Virus record (IMG/VR): IMGVR_UViG_3300037452_000138
Location: 1 to 62,509 of that record
DNA length: 62,509 bases
Reading direction: 5' to 3' (one strand)
Source of the DNA: a virus
Lineage: Duplodnaviria; Caudoviricetes
Below are positions 25,436 through 34,160 of this stretch, piece after piece. The notes under the pieces are model-generated. The model made no database searches. It was not told the DNA's origin and saw only the letters and a list, made by a program, of their open reading frames with translations. The translations under genes were made by a program, and so were the position numbers. Positions within the stretch are counted from its first letter, which is position 1. Each line of letters starts with the position of its first letter.

Positions 25436-25897
25436 TTAGCTCCGTTTGATGTTCAGTCGGGAAAAATACGAGATCGAGATGCCCGGCGGCGGGCGGCCTT
25501 CGTTCTGCTCCATATGCGAGCGGACCACGCCGACGGGGACGCTGATCTTCACCTCGGAGCCGACCTCGGCCCAGTGATCGGCCACGAAGTCGAACAGCGT
25601 CTCCACGCTCTCGATCTTCTGGTTCATGATATTGGAAATGTAGGCGGTGCCGGCGTCGGTCTTGGTTGAGTCGGCCCCGCGCTCGAGCAGCCGGCGCTGA
25701 ATCTCGTTCTCGATTTCCGCGATGCGGTCCTTGTGTGGCTTGGCCCACTCGTTGAACTTGAGGGTCGCGGCCTTGATCAAGTCCTCGAGCTTGTGGTTCT
25801 CGGCGATCAGATCGTTGTCGGTCACCTGGCTGTTGTGGCCGACGGCGGGCACGACTTCAGGTATGATCTTCGGAGCGGGTGTGCGGCGGGGGGGCAT
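25436..25897 (-). CDS. Hypothetical replication-module protein (coiled coil plus small beta domain)
   Basis: AAGGA SD; high GC3. Confidence 0.7.
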   Translation of the reverse strand: MPPRRTPAPKIIPEVVPAVGHNSQVTDNDLIAENHKLEDLIKAATLKFNEWAKPHKDRIAEIENEIQRRLLERGADSTKTDAGTAYISNIMNQKIESVETLFDFVADHWAEVGSEVKISVPVGVVRSHMEQNEGRPPPGISISYFSRLNIKRS

Positions 25898-26060
25898 TTA
25901 GGTTCCTTCTAAGACCATGATGCCGGGGCTTTCCCCCGGCTGATTTCATGGACGGCTCCTGCGTTCGTTACGTTCCATATATTCAGGAATTTGGTCATTA
26001 CTCAATATGCGGGATCAGTGCTCTGCGCTACTTCATGACTTACCCTCCCTGAGTTCGTAA

Positions 26061-26089
26061 TTTCTACGAGCATGTTTTATCGTTGTCAA
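26061..26089 (-). promoter_or_regulatory. Sigma70-like promoter
   Basis: TTGACA-N17-TAGAAA on the minus strand. Confidence 0.55.
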
Positions 26090-26090
26090 C

Positions 26091-27746
26091 CTAAAAAGTG
26101 CCGTCGCGAATCGCCTGCAGCATCAGTCCCTGCATCGACGTGTTGTTCTCCAGCCGGTCGAATATTTCTTCCTCCAGCTTGTTGGACACCAGCTGGAAGC
26201 AGTTCGACGGGTATTTCTGGCCGGGCCGGCGGACACGGGCGTTGCCCTGAATCCATGCCTTGGCGCGGTCGGTAGCGCCGAACCAGACCACGGTATCCGC
26301 GATCACGAATTCGTTGATCCCCTCGGTGGCGGTCTGGGGGTCGGCCACCACCAGCTTGAAGTCGGGATCGCTGACGAACGCCTTGATCACGGCGTCACGC
26401 TCCTTGCCGGCCTTAACCTCACCGTTGATGAAGTCGCATTTCCACGGCAACTGCTTTTTCTTCCACGTCTCGCGCAGGTACTTGACCACCAGATGCACCA
26501 CGCTGGTGATCGGCACGAACACCACCACCTTGCGGGATGTCGCCTCGACGATTTCCTCCAGCTCACGGTACCGCGGCAAGGCGTCGATCAGGTGTGCGAC
26601 GTGCTCGCCGTCGTACACCGCGCCCAGCGATAACTGGATCAGTTTCTGGCGGGCCGCCGATTCGTTGGCGGCGCTGATGGCATGGCCGGACGCGGCGATA
26701 ACCTGCAACTCGTTCTTGAGCCGCTTCATCTCCTTCTTCTGATCCTCGGTCAGATCGACCTTGCGGCGCTGCACCGTCATCGGCGGGCCGTCCCAAATCT
26801 CGTCCAGGCCGAACCGGATCGCGGGCGTCAGCAGGCGGCGGGCCTTGTCGTAGCCGTCCTTCTGGGGCACCCACTTGAACTCGGTCACCTTCAGCATCGT
26901 CTCCATGCGGAAGCGGGTGAACGACTTTCCGAACGCATTGTTGGACAGCTTCGCCATGCCATAAGCGTCCGTGGGCGCGGTGGCGTTGGGCGTGCCGGTG
27001 AGCTGCTTCAGCATCGGCCGCTTGCCGACACCGAATATCATGTCGGCTACCGCCGAGCGGGCCGAGCGAGGGTCACCAAAGCCGTGGGCCTCGTCTACCA
27101 CCACCATTTTGATGTCGGTGCGGGCGGCGAGCGCGGCCGAGAAGCCGTCGAGTTCGATCCGCTTCTGTTTTGGCGCCCTCGGATCGACCTTGTGACGGAT
27201 ATGGGCGCCGACCTTGATACCGTCATGATTGACGATAAACACATCGACGTCGGATTCGAGTTTTTTCAGCCGGCGCTCGGGCGTGCCGGTGAGGATTTCG
27301 AACGTACGGCGGCCGAGGAAGTTCCTGAAAATGGCCGAGGCCCATGTGGTTTCGAGGATGGTCAGCGGGGCCACGATCAGGCAGCGGAACCGCTCGCGGG
27401 CCTGCATCATCAGATAATCCATCGCCCAGAGTGTACTGAGCGTCTTCATCGTCCCGGGATCCCCGAGGTTGAACATCCGGTTGTGCAGGACGGTGAAGTT
27501 GGCGTACATTTTTTGGTGAGCTAGAGGAGTCTTCCCGGGTTCGATGGGGAAGTCGTAGGTTTCATCCGTCATCACGAACGGGACCGGGTAGTTGTACCAC
27601 GCCATCACCTGCAGGGAAGGCAGGGTTCGGGGGACGGCGAAAAAAGCGGGGGACAGGACTGCGAGTTTGGGGATGTATTGCGCGAGGGCGCCGGGCTGGC
27701 CGGGGTAGATCACCAGTGATCGTTTTTCATCCACCCAAAAAGTCAT
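26091..27746 (-). CDS. SNF2-like SF2 helicase
   Basis: PGTMKT, VVVDEAH, LTGTP, EGIN, QGNARVRRPGQ. Confidence 0.9.
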   Translation of the reverse strand: MTFWVDEKRSLVIYPGQPGALAQYIPKLAVLSPAFFAVPRTLPSLQVMAWYNYPVPFVMTDETYDFPIEPGKTPLAHQKMYANFTVLHNRMFNLGDPGTMKTLSTLWAMDYLMMQARERFRCLIVAPLTILETTWASAIFRNFLGRRTFEILTGTPERRLKKLESDVDVFIVNHDGIKVGAHIRHKVDPRAPKQKRIELDGFSAALAARTDIKMVVVDEAHGFGDPRSARSAVADMIFGVGKRPMLKQLTGTPNATAPTDAYGMAKLSNNAFGKSFTRFRMETMLKVTEFKWVPQKDGYDKARRLLTPAIRFGLDEIWDGPPMTVQRRKVDLTEDQKKEMKRLKNELQVIAASGHAISAANESAARQKLIQLSLGAVYDGEHVAHLIDALPRYRELEEIVEATSRKVVVFVPITSVVHLVVKYLRETWKKKQLPWKCDFINGEVKAGKERDAVIKAFVSDPDFKLVVADPQTATEGINEFVIADTVVWFGATDRAKAWIQGNARVRRPGQKYPSNCFQLVSNKLEEEIFDRLENNTSMQGLMLQAIRDGTF

Positions 27747-28315
27747 GCGAACTCGCCGCGTAACTCTTTAGCTTTCTTTCGATAAGATTTTCCGGCCGCC
27801 GCAGACGTTTTAAAATACCCCAATGCGTGTCTTACGCCGTCGAATTGTATTTCCGCTTTCCACGGCTTGTTCTTAGAATTTAGATTTCGACTGACACCTT
27901 TAAACCCAGAAGTGTTATTTTTGTATTTTTTTGTGTTTCCTAGGTTTTGCGCTCGTGTTGCTGGTCGCAAAAATTTCCAGCGGTTATCGGCTCCATTTCC
28001 GTATCTATGATCCATGTGAAATGGAGGCCATTCGCCCGTCATATAAAAATAAATGATGCGTTGTGCTACGTACACACAGCCGTCAAATCGCAACTGAATG
28101 TACCCGTTACTGCGATTTATAGTAGTTGCAATATCTCCCGGCTTGCGAGAACCTTTTTGTTTTATCCATTTCAAAACGCCCGTTTTTGGATTGTAGTGTA
28201 TAAATTCTTTCAATCGTTGTTGTGTTATTCTATAGCGCGTTCCTTTGTGCGCGTAGTAGTGCGCTCTTGAACGCCGCGCTGCACGTTCTTTTTGGTCCGG
28301 TGTTCGTGCGGTCAC
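27743..28315 (-). CDS. HNH homing endonuclease with AP2-like domain
   Basis: MDH..GNGADNR; NNTSGFKGVS; GTGA overlap; AT-rich. Confidence 0.85.
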   Translation of the reverse strand: MTARTPDQKERAARRSRAHYYAHKGTRYRITQQRLKEFIHYNPKTGVLKWIKQKGSRKPGDIATTINRSNGYIQLRFDGCVYVAQRIIYFYMTGEWPPFHMDHRYGNGADNRWKFLRPATRAQNLGNTKKYKNNTSGFKGVSRNLNSKNKPWKAEIQFDGVRHALGYFKTSAAAGKSYRKKAKELRGEFA

Positions 28316-28626
28316 ACCACAACCCCTCGCACCGCCAGCCAACCGCGCAGTTCCTCGATCACGACCTCGGCGGTGCCGGCGACGGCCAGTCCGTTGGTTC
28401 GTGCGATCTCGCTCATCCGCCGCGTCTGGATTGGCGTCGGTTTCTTGCCCGGTCGCTTCACCTCGATTCCGAAGCACGCGCCTAGCAGGCTGCCCATGAT
28501 GTCGGGCACACCGGACTTGCCGTATCCCGCCATCAACGGCATGAAGTACCAGCAGCGCTCGGGGCCGAGCGAATCAAGAAACTGCTTGATCGCCTGTTTT
28601 TCATGCCATTCGGGGCTACGCATCAT
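28312..28626 (-). CDS. VRR-NUC domain nuclease
   Basis: SGVPDI...GIEVKRPGKKPTPIQ. Confidence 0.88.
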   Translation of the reverse strand: MMRSPEWHEKQAIKQFLDSLGPERCWYFMPLMAGYGKSGVPDIMGSLLGACFGIEVKRPGKKPTPIQTRRMSEIARTNGLAVAGTAEVVIEELRGWLAVRGVVV

Positions 28627-29354
28627 TTTGCCTTTGCATCAAACCAGTTTTCGCAATCCTTTACGCCACAATAACCGCACAACGGTCCCTTGGTCTTCGG
28701 CCACTCGCCGGCCGCCATGGCGTCCTCGATCACCTCGACCTTGTTATTGACCTTGGCCCACGTCGAGTTGCATTCGGACAGGTCGTAAAGCTGCCCCATC
28801 CGGTTTTCCTTCAGCCATGCGTACTGACCGAGTATCCTGGTCAGCTGCGGGTTGGCCGCCTTCACCAGCAGCGCCTGGATTTCCAGTTCGAACGGATCCT
28901 CGTACTTGCTCGATCCCGTCTTCCAGTCCGGCAAAAACGCGGCGGCGCCGTGCATTATCGTGACGTCGACCTTGCCGCGAAGGAAAACATCCTTGCCGAA
29001 AAACTCGGTCGGCTTGGCTTCGCGGGTGATCCCCATCTTCATCTCGGCGCGGGGTTTGCGTTCGGCGAAGGCCGCGGCGATCGGCTCCCACTGCTGCATG
29101 TTGAGCGGCAGCGGCTTGCCGCCCATCCGGTGCTCCATGGCGGCATGGACCTCGTTGCCCCACTTCATCTCCGGGGTCTCGACATAAGGGATGTCGCGCT
29201 TGACGTATTGCCGGTAACAGCGATGCAGGCAGGTATCGGCCGTCTTCAGCAAAGTGAAGCTGTAAACAAGCGGCTTGAAGACGGGTTCGGGCATCCGGTT
29301 ATCCTTGGTTCGGCGCAAATAGTCGGGGATGTCGATGTCAACTATCGCGGACAA
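28623..29354 (-). CDS. PD-(D/E)XK (Cas4/RecB-like) exonuclease
   Basis: GNEVH, RGKVD, DWKTG; C...CGYC..KDC cluster. Confidence 0.85.
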   Translation of the reverse strand: MSAIVDIDIPDYLRRTKDNRMPEPVFKPLVYSFTLLKTADTCLHRCYRQYVKRDIPYVETPEMKWGNEVHAAMEHRMGGKPLPLNMQQWEPIAAAFAERKPRAEMKMGITREAKPTEFFGKDVFLRGKVDVTIMHGAAAFLPDWKTGSSKYEDPFELEIQALLVKAANPQLTRILGQYAWLKENRMGQLYDLSECNSTWAKVNNKVEVIEDAMAAGEWPKTKGPLCGYCGVKDCENWFDAKAK

Positions 29355-29505
29355 TCTCGATCTCCAATGGCTTTATTTTTCCATCGACATATTCGTAAAC
29401 TCGTAAGGAAGTCGCAAGCAAGATTCGATCTCGAAAGTTAACCATCGCTACGATCGGTTCCTCGGGAGGAAACTGGTGGGTGATCTCGATTTTGCGTTCA
29501 GGCAT
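29338..29505 (-). CDS. Hypothetical protein (55 aa)
   Basis: GAGG SD; overlaps its neighbours. Confidence 0.5.
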   Translation of the reverse strand: MPERKIEITHQFPPEEPIVAMVNFRDRILLATSLRVYEYVDGKIKPLEIEIVRDS

Positions 29506-29629
29506 TGACTTCCTCGACCAGTTTTTCAACCGCCGATTCGAGATCGTCAACAATGTCCGCCAGCACCACGCCGGGATGGTCCCGCCACTTGTCGATCAAT
29601 TCCTTGAGTTCTTCGGCGAAGTTGTTCAT
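29498..29629 (-). CDS. Hypothetical acidic protein (43 aa, not in track)
   Basis: ATGA overlap; MNNFAEELKELIDKW... Confidence 0.55.
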   Translation of the reverse strand: MNNFAEELKELIDKWRDHPGVVLADIVDDLESAVEKLVEEVNA

Positions 29630-29904
29630 TTGGTCAGCCCATGCACGATGCCGAGAACCAGCGCGCGGGAGGCGGGGCTGAGCCCCATCAACTCGCCGAT
29701 CAGGCGGTAGGCCTCGGGCGTGAACCGGCCACCGGCGTGTTCGGCCTTGACCGGTGTGGCCTTGCGCTTTTTGCGGCGGCGTTTCTTCGGGGTTGCCTTG
29801 ATAATGGTTCGCGTGGGCGGGATCTTAGTGCGTTTACGCCGAGGTCTTCGGGAGGGTGCCGAGGTTTCCGGCTGCTGTGGCTGATCGAACTGCGGCAAGT
29901 CCAT
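29626..29904 (-). CDS. Basic hypothetical protein
   Basis: AAGGAG SD; R/K clusters. Confidence 0.6.
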   Translation of the reverse strand: MDLPQFDQPQQPETSAPSRRPRRKRTKIPPTRTIIKATPKKRRRKKRKATPVKAEHAGGRFTPEAYRLIGELMGLSPASRALVLGIVHGLTK

Positions 29905-30034
29905 GGGGATTCTCCTTGGTTAAACGCTTTTCGAGCGCGGCGATCAGGTTTCGAATCTCGTCCTGCTGCGTGTTGACGTTGAGCGAGGCGCGAACATGGA
30001 TGGTGTCGTTGACGTCGTCTACGAGGGTCCACAT
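29834..30034 (-). CDS. Hypothetical protein
   Basis: GGAG upstream of ATG 30034; 3' end overlaps the next gene. Confidence 0.35.
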   Translation of the reverse strand: MWTLVDDVNDTIHVRASLNVNTQQDEIRNLIAALEKRLTKENPHGLAAVRSATAAGNLGTLPKTSA

Positions 30035-30130
30035 CAGTAGCGAACTCCATTGCCAGAGTGGTACGCAGGAAGTGCGAACAAGTGGTAACTCCACCACCAC
30101 GGGTTGGCGAAGGAGTGGCGGACGATGAGG

Positions 30131-31999
30131 CTATTTCTCATAGCGATCTGACAACGCTCCTTCCGCAGCAAGAGGTAATCCGGGCAGCCATGAAGGTTCG
30201 ACGATCATCTCGGCAATGCACAGTTGAAGCATTTCTTCCTCGCGGCCATTACGAGGGATCAGCAACAATAGCTCATCGTAAGGCCAGTTCAAGGTGCGGA
30301 TGCCGTATTTTTTCTTGATCCGGGTCATCGCCTGACTGACGATCATCCGGCTGACACCTTCGCAGATATTCTGCGTCAGCTTCGAACCCCAGATGAACCG
30401 CCAGCCGTCGCGCTTCTTGACGCGCCAGCCTTTCTTGCCGTCTTCGTCGTCGGGCTGCGGCGTGTGATACTCGATGGTGTTGTAGATCATCGGGCAGCCC
30501 TGAATGTAAATCCGCCCATTCTCGACATGCATGGGGCCAAATTCCATCGGCGGGCCGCCACCCAAGCGGGCCAGCAGGCGTTCGCATTGCGCCCAGTAGC
30601 CGGTGTTGCGGGCGCAGATCGACGGGTTGGTGGCGCGATAAGTTTCCACCCACTGGTTGGCAACTTCGATCGACATGTCGACGCGAGGGCCGTACTGCCC
30701 GGATGCGGCGGTTGCCTTGAACATCTTGCCGGATGAACCGTAACCGCACATGAGTCTCCCCTGCTTGCCTAGGCCCCGTTTGGCGGTCATCTCGGCGTAC
30801 CGCGGATCATCCGGCTTCGGCTTGTAGACTTCCTCCTTGTAGAAGTGCGACGCCAGGTCGGTGTACGGATCCTCGTTGTTCCTGAATTTTTGCACCACGG
30901 GCTCATCGGGACCGCCGGCGAGATAGTGCAGCACACGGCATTCTATCTGACTGGCGTCTACCGGGGCCAGGTAAAATCCAGTCGGTGCCTTGACCGCGCG
31001 ACGGATAGGGGAACCACGTTTGAAATTGAGCCAGTTGCATCCGTCTCCCCCCGACGGTCGTAGCGTTCCAGCTCCAGAGTAAAATAGATAAACAGGTGCA
31101 GGTCCGCGTGACGCCACCCAGCCCAGGGTCTCGGCGCGCGTCTGCAAGAGAGTGGATTTTTCCGCGAGGCGTGCTTCCGCCAGCGCACGAACGCGCGGGT
31201 TGTCGTGCTCACGCAGGTAATCCCGCATGAACGGGTCGTTCTTGGCGATGGCGGGGATCGGTGCATTTTTGCCGTCCTTGTATTCGATCTCGATGCCTTC
31301 GGCTTCCAGCAAGCCGCAGAACAACTCGGCGGAACGCAACTCGCTACCGTCGACACCCAGCAGCGCATTGCCTTCGGCCTTCCGCGTGTTCTCCGACTCC
31401 CACAGGTCAGCCAGCATGGCGGTGTCGAGTTCGAGCACGGGATCGGTGAACATCCGGATGACGCTGTCGACGACGTCCAGTTCGGCGGGGGGAAAGTCGG
31501 CCTGCATCAGGAGGCCGAAGATTTTCCAGATCGACTCGACCTCGTCGACCGCGCCTTCGCCGATCAGTCGGCGGGAATTGGCGTCGATCTCGGACCAGTG
31601 TTTTCCGCGGAAAAGGTGGTAGGGCGTGACTTTAGCCGCGATTCCGAAATGCTTTCTAACAGAATCAAGACTGACTGAGAGATGATTTCCAAGGAGCAAG
31701 CGTGCCATTGACAGCGTGCATCCGAACATCGCTGGAGAGACATTGTAGTGATGTTTGAGGATGAACCCGTCAAATTGAGCGTGGTGATGGATAAGGAACA
31801 CATCGGACCAGTCTTCCTCCTTCAGGATGTACGCGAGTTCGCGCTGATCGTACCACTGCGCCGACGTGTTCTTGTCCCACTTGATCGCGGCGCCGTGGGC
31901 CTCGAAACGAGGGTCGCGAATATATGACTCAGTGCTGAGCTTAGACAGTGTGTAATCGTCGCCAAAATGAGTCTCGAAGTCGATGACAACCGGCCTCAT
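30131..31999 (-). CDS. polA: Family A DNA polymerase with 3'-5' exonuclease domain
   Basis: IDFET, HHAQFD; motif A DASQIECR; motif B RGLGKQGRLMCGYG; motif C PYDE. Confidence 0.9.
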   Translation of the reverse strand: MRPVVIDFETHFGDDYTLSKLSTESYIRDPRFEAHGAAIKWDKNTSAQWYDQRELAYILKEEDWSDVFLIHHHAQFDGFILKHHYNVSPAMFGCTLSMARLLLGNHLSVSLDSVRKHFGIAAKVTPYHLFRGKHWSEIDANSRRLIGEGAVDEVESIWKIFGLLMQADFPPAELDVVDSVIRMFTDPVLELDTAMLADLWESENTRKAEGNALLGVDGSELRSAELFCGLLEAEGIEIEYKDGKNAPIPAIAKNDPFMRDYLREHDNPRVRALAEARLAEKSTLLQTRAETLGWVASRGPAPVYLFYSGAGTLRPSGGDGCNWLNFKRGSPIRRAVKAPTGFYLAPVDASQIECRVLHYLAGGPDEPVVQKFRNNEDPYTDLASHFYKEEVYKPKPDDPRYAEMTAKRGLGKQGRLMCGYGSSGKMFKATAASGQYGPRVDMSIEVANQWVETYRATNPSICARNTGYWAQCERLLARLGGGPPMEFGPMHVENGRIYIQGCPMIYNTIEYHTPQPDDEDGKKGWRVKKRDGWRFIWGSKLTQNICEGVSRMIVSQAMTRIKKKYGIRTLNWPYDELLLLIPRNGREEEMLQLCIAEMIVEPSWLPGLPLAAEGALSDRYEK

Positions 32000-32316
32000 T
32001 GCACTGCCCGCTCAATCATCATCTCGTGGATAATCGTCAGCAGCGTCTTGTCGTCATCGGCGATCGCCTCGTCGGCGAACATCAGGAACGGGATCTTGAG
32101 CAGGTGATTGGCGTGGGTCGGGTGGTCGGCAGGTGTCTTGTAGACGATGATTCGCCGGCGCTTTTCGTCGTGGGAGCCAAGCGATCGGAATTCCAGCTCG
32201 CACTCGCTCAGGTACCGAACGGAACGCTGCTGGTCCCTGAACGGCTCCCGGCCGGGCAGGCGGATGCGCGCCCTGCGGTCCGGGTGATCGGTGAAAAATT
32301 GCTGGTCCTGGTCCAT
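31996..32316 (-). CDS. Hypothetical protein
   Basis: TAATG and ATGA overlaps on its two ends. Confidence 0.65.
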   Translation of the reverse strand: MDQDQQFFTDHPDRRARIRLPGREPFRDQQRSVRYLSECELEFRSLGSHDEKRRRIIVYKTPADHPTHANHLLKIPFLMFADEAIADDDKTLLTIIHEMMIERAVQ

Positions 32317-32495
32317 TATACAGTGTCTTGTGCTATCGTCCAATCGGCCAGCCTTTTATTTGTCACGGCTTCAGCCAAGCGCCGTGCAGCATTTTCGGAT
32401 AATTTTAATCCGATCGTTTTTGCGGCGCTTAGCAATTCGTCAGAAGTGACCCGGCGCATTGCTTTTTCACGTTCCATTACTTCTCCTAATGTCAT
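32316..32495 (-). CDS. Hypothetical protein (59 aa)
   Basis: TGATG overlap; GGAG SD. Confidence 0.5.
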   Translation of the reverse strand: MTLGEVMEREKAMRRVTSDELLSAAKTIGLKLSENAARRLAEAVTNKRLADWTIAQDTV

Positions 32496-32902
32496 CACAG
32501 CAACTCCAGTGCTCTCTTGGCGATCAGCAGTGTCCACTTCTCCAGCGCCACTTTCGGATCGTCGCCCGTCACCTTGTTCGATGCCGTGGCGAGGTCGACC
32601 AGCTGCACCGCGATCTGCTCGGCATTGGCCCGGATCTTGCGCTGCTCGTGCGAAATTGCTGTCGCCGTCATCCCGGCGTCGCGGACAACATCGCCGTCGT
32701 TCTGCTGCGCCACCGCCATGCCTTCGGGCGTGATGTAGTTGTTGAAATGGCCGGTGGGGTCGCCGGGGTGCGGGCGTGGCTTCATGTAGCCGCGGGCGAT
32801 CAGGTTGACTGTCGGCTCCCGCCAGCGGCCGATCGGCATCATCGGCTCGCCCTTGGAGGCGATCAGGAGGACAGTCAGTTCGTCTTGGGAGAGGTCAGAC
32901 AT
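32495..32902 (-). CDS. Hypothetical protein
   Basis: GGAG SD; high GC3. Confidence 0.65.
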   Translation of the reverse strand: MSDLSQDELTVLLIASKGEPMMPIGRWREPTVNLIARGYMKPRPHPGDPTGHFNNYITPEGMAVAQQNDGDVVRDAGMTATAISHEQRKIRANAEQIAVQLVDLATASNKVTGDDPKVALEKWTLLIAKRALELL

Positions 32903-33197
32903 CGAAGCGCTCCAATCTATAGCCGCCGCCTTCACCGTGGGTTTCCGATGTGATCCTGATACCCGCCTTTGCCAGCCGCTCGTTCGCCCGTTTGATTTGC
33001 ACCTGCACCGAGTTGTAGGCGTTGATGGGTCCGCCGTCCGATCTGTGGGCGTAAACCCTGTCGACCAGTGCGGTGCCGGGAATTCCGTACTTTGAACGCC
33101 TGACGATATCGTAAATCCGGAACTGAATCGGCGACAAAGGAACCGGCGCGCGTTCCTCGATCTCGCCTTTGCCCATGCAGCAGGGGCAGGTGATCAT
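32895..33197 (-). CDS. Zn-ribbon plus OmpR-type winged-helix DNA-binding protein
   Basis: CPCC; LSPIQFRIY...LVDRVY...NSVQVQIKRANERL...GYRL. Confidence 0.7.
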   Translation of the reverse strand: MITCPCCMGKGEIEERAPVPLSPIQFRIYDIVRRSKYGIPGTALVDRVYAHRSDGGPINAYNSVQVQIKRANERLAKAGIRITSETHGEGGGYRLERFDV

Positions 33198-33424
33198 CAC
33201 CACTCGAATTTCCTCCCCGCCTTCAACTGAGCCTCGACGCCGGCACAGGCCATCTGGTAGCGATGCCACACCCACTCCGAGTGCTTCTCGCCGGCCGCCC
33301 GGCGCCGGAAACCGGATTCCAGTTTTCGAATCGCAATTACCGAGTACCCCGTGAGATCCGACAACTGCTCGCGGGTGAGGTCGCGGCGTTCGCGCCAGGC
33401 CTTTGCTTTTTCGTGGGGTTTCAC
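33197..33424 (-). CDS. XRE-family HTH regulator
   Basis: AWRERRDLTREQLSDLTGYSVIAIRKLESG. Confidence 0.85.
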   Translation of the reverse strand: MKPHEKAKAWRERRDLTREQLSDLTGYSVIAIRKLESGFRRRAAGEKHSEWVWHRYQMACAGVEAQLKAGRKFEW

Positions 33425-33696
33425 AATTCAACTTCCTGCGTTCTGCCCGGCATGCTCCAACGACGTCGGCCGGTCTTCTTCGGGAACGTGTCCGGCTCGC
33501 CGTTCCAATAAGTTACTACGTCGACACGACTGTGCAGTGCGCACACACTTCTGCCGGCCCGCCCCTGTGTTGCTCGACGCACACAGCGGTGCGCATCGCG
33601 CCGCCAATCCTGATACGTGTCGGTTGGCTTTGCCATGGCCTCGCAGCGGAATTCGCTTGCAGGTACCATGCAATCCGGATGCGTGCGGTAGCTCAC
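33421..33696 (-). CDS. Hypothetical Cys/His protein
   Basis: GTGA overlaps at both ends; RC...RC...CxxH pattern. Confidence 0.5.
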   Translation of the reverse strand: MSYRTHPDCMVPASEFRCEAMAKPTDTYQDWRRDAHRCVRRATQGRAGRSVCALHSRVDVVTYWNGEPDTFPKKTGRRRWSMPGRTQEVEL

Positions 33697-33878
33697 TGGC
33701 GTTCCATCTTCAGCAGGTTTAACTCGGTGGTCGCTTTCTTCGGCAGATAACCGTAAAAGGTCAGGCTGCGGATGTACGTCGCATCGCCGATCGCGCCCTT
33801 CCTCCACGCCTGATCCATACGCAGTTTTTGCATGTCGAGCAGCGCCGGGCGCTCAGAATCACTGAAATGTGGCTGCAC
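33693..33878 (-). CDS. Hypothetical protein, first gene of the leftward replication operon
   Basis: AAGGGG SD; promoter upstream. Confidence 0.6.
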   Translation of the reverse strand: MQPHFSDSERPALLDMQKLRMDQAWRKGAIGDATYIRSLTFYGYLPKKATTELNLLKMERQ

Positions 33879-33912
33879 GATTTCCCCTTAGGCAAGCCTC
33901 GCCGAAGCGTGT

Positions 33913-33959
33913 TTGACGCGAACGCGGGTACAATGTACAGGAAAAACTACGAGGTGCAA
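33913..33959. promoter_or_regulatory. Divergent promoter region with TACAATGTA palindrome (33929-33937)
   Basis: Minus strand TTGCAC-N16-TACATT; plus strand TTGACG-N17-TACAGG. Confidence 0.55.
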
Positions 33960-34044
33960 GCGGAAAAATGCGCAACTTTATTGCGTGTTAGATTTCGCTT
34001 GACGAAACAACGGTGTCAGGCGCAAGTTCGAACTCCGCACAGAA

Positions 34045-34077
34045 AAAGGCCCGCCGCGGGGACGCTGACGGGCCTTT
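34045..34077. terminator. Hairpin in the primase leader (terminator/attenuator-like)
   Basis: AAAGGCCCG-N15-CGGGCCTTT. Confidence 0.45.
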
Positions 34078-34160
34078 AACCACCGAGCGGCGCCAAGGGG
34101 GATCAACGACCGCTCCCCCTTTTTAGCATCCCGCACGGATGATGGTCAAGGGGTAAGGGA

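Noticed and set aside
26028-26036. Stop-codon reassignment suggested by ATG AAG TAG
   Set aside because: Read-through gives only 12 codons, many genes end normally in TAG, and no suppressor tRNA was seen.
28623-29354. Cas4 / CRISPR system
   Set aside because: No repeat-spacer array or other cas genes seen; such nucleases are routine in phage replication modules.
30131-31999. Z-genome or deazaguanine DNA-modification system
   Set aside because: No purZ, dpdA, folE or que-like genes recognised.
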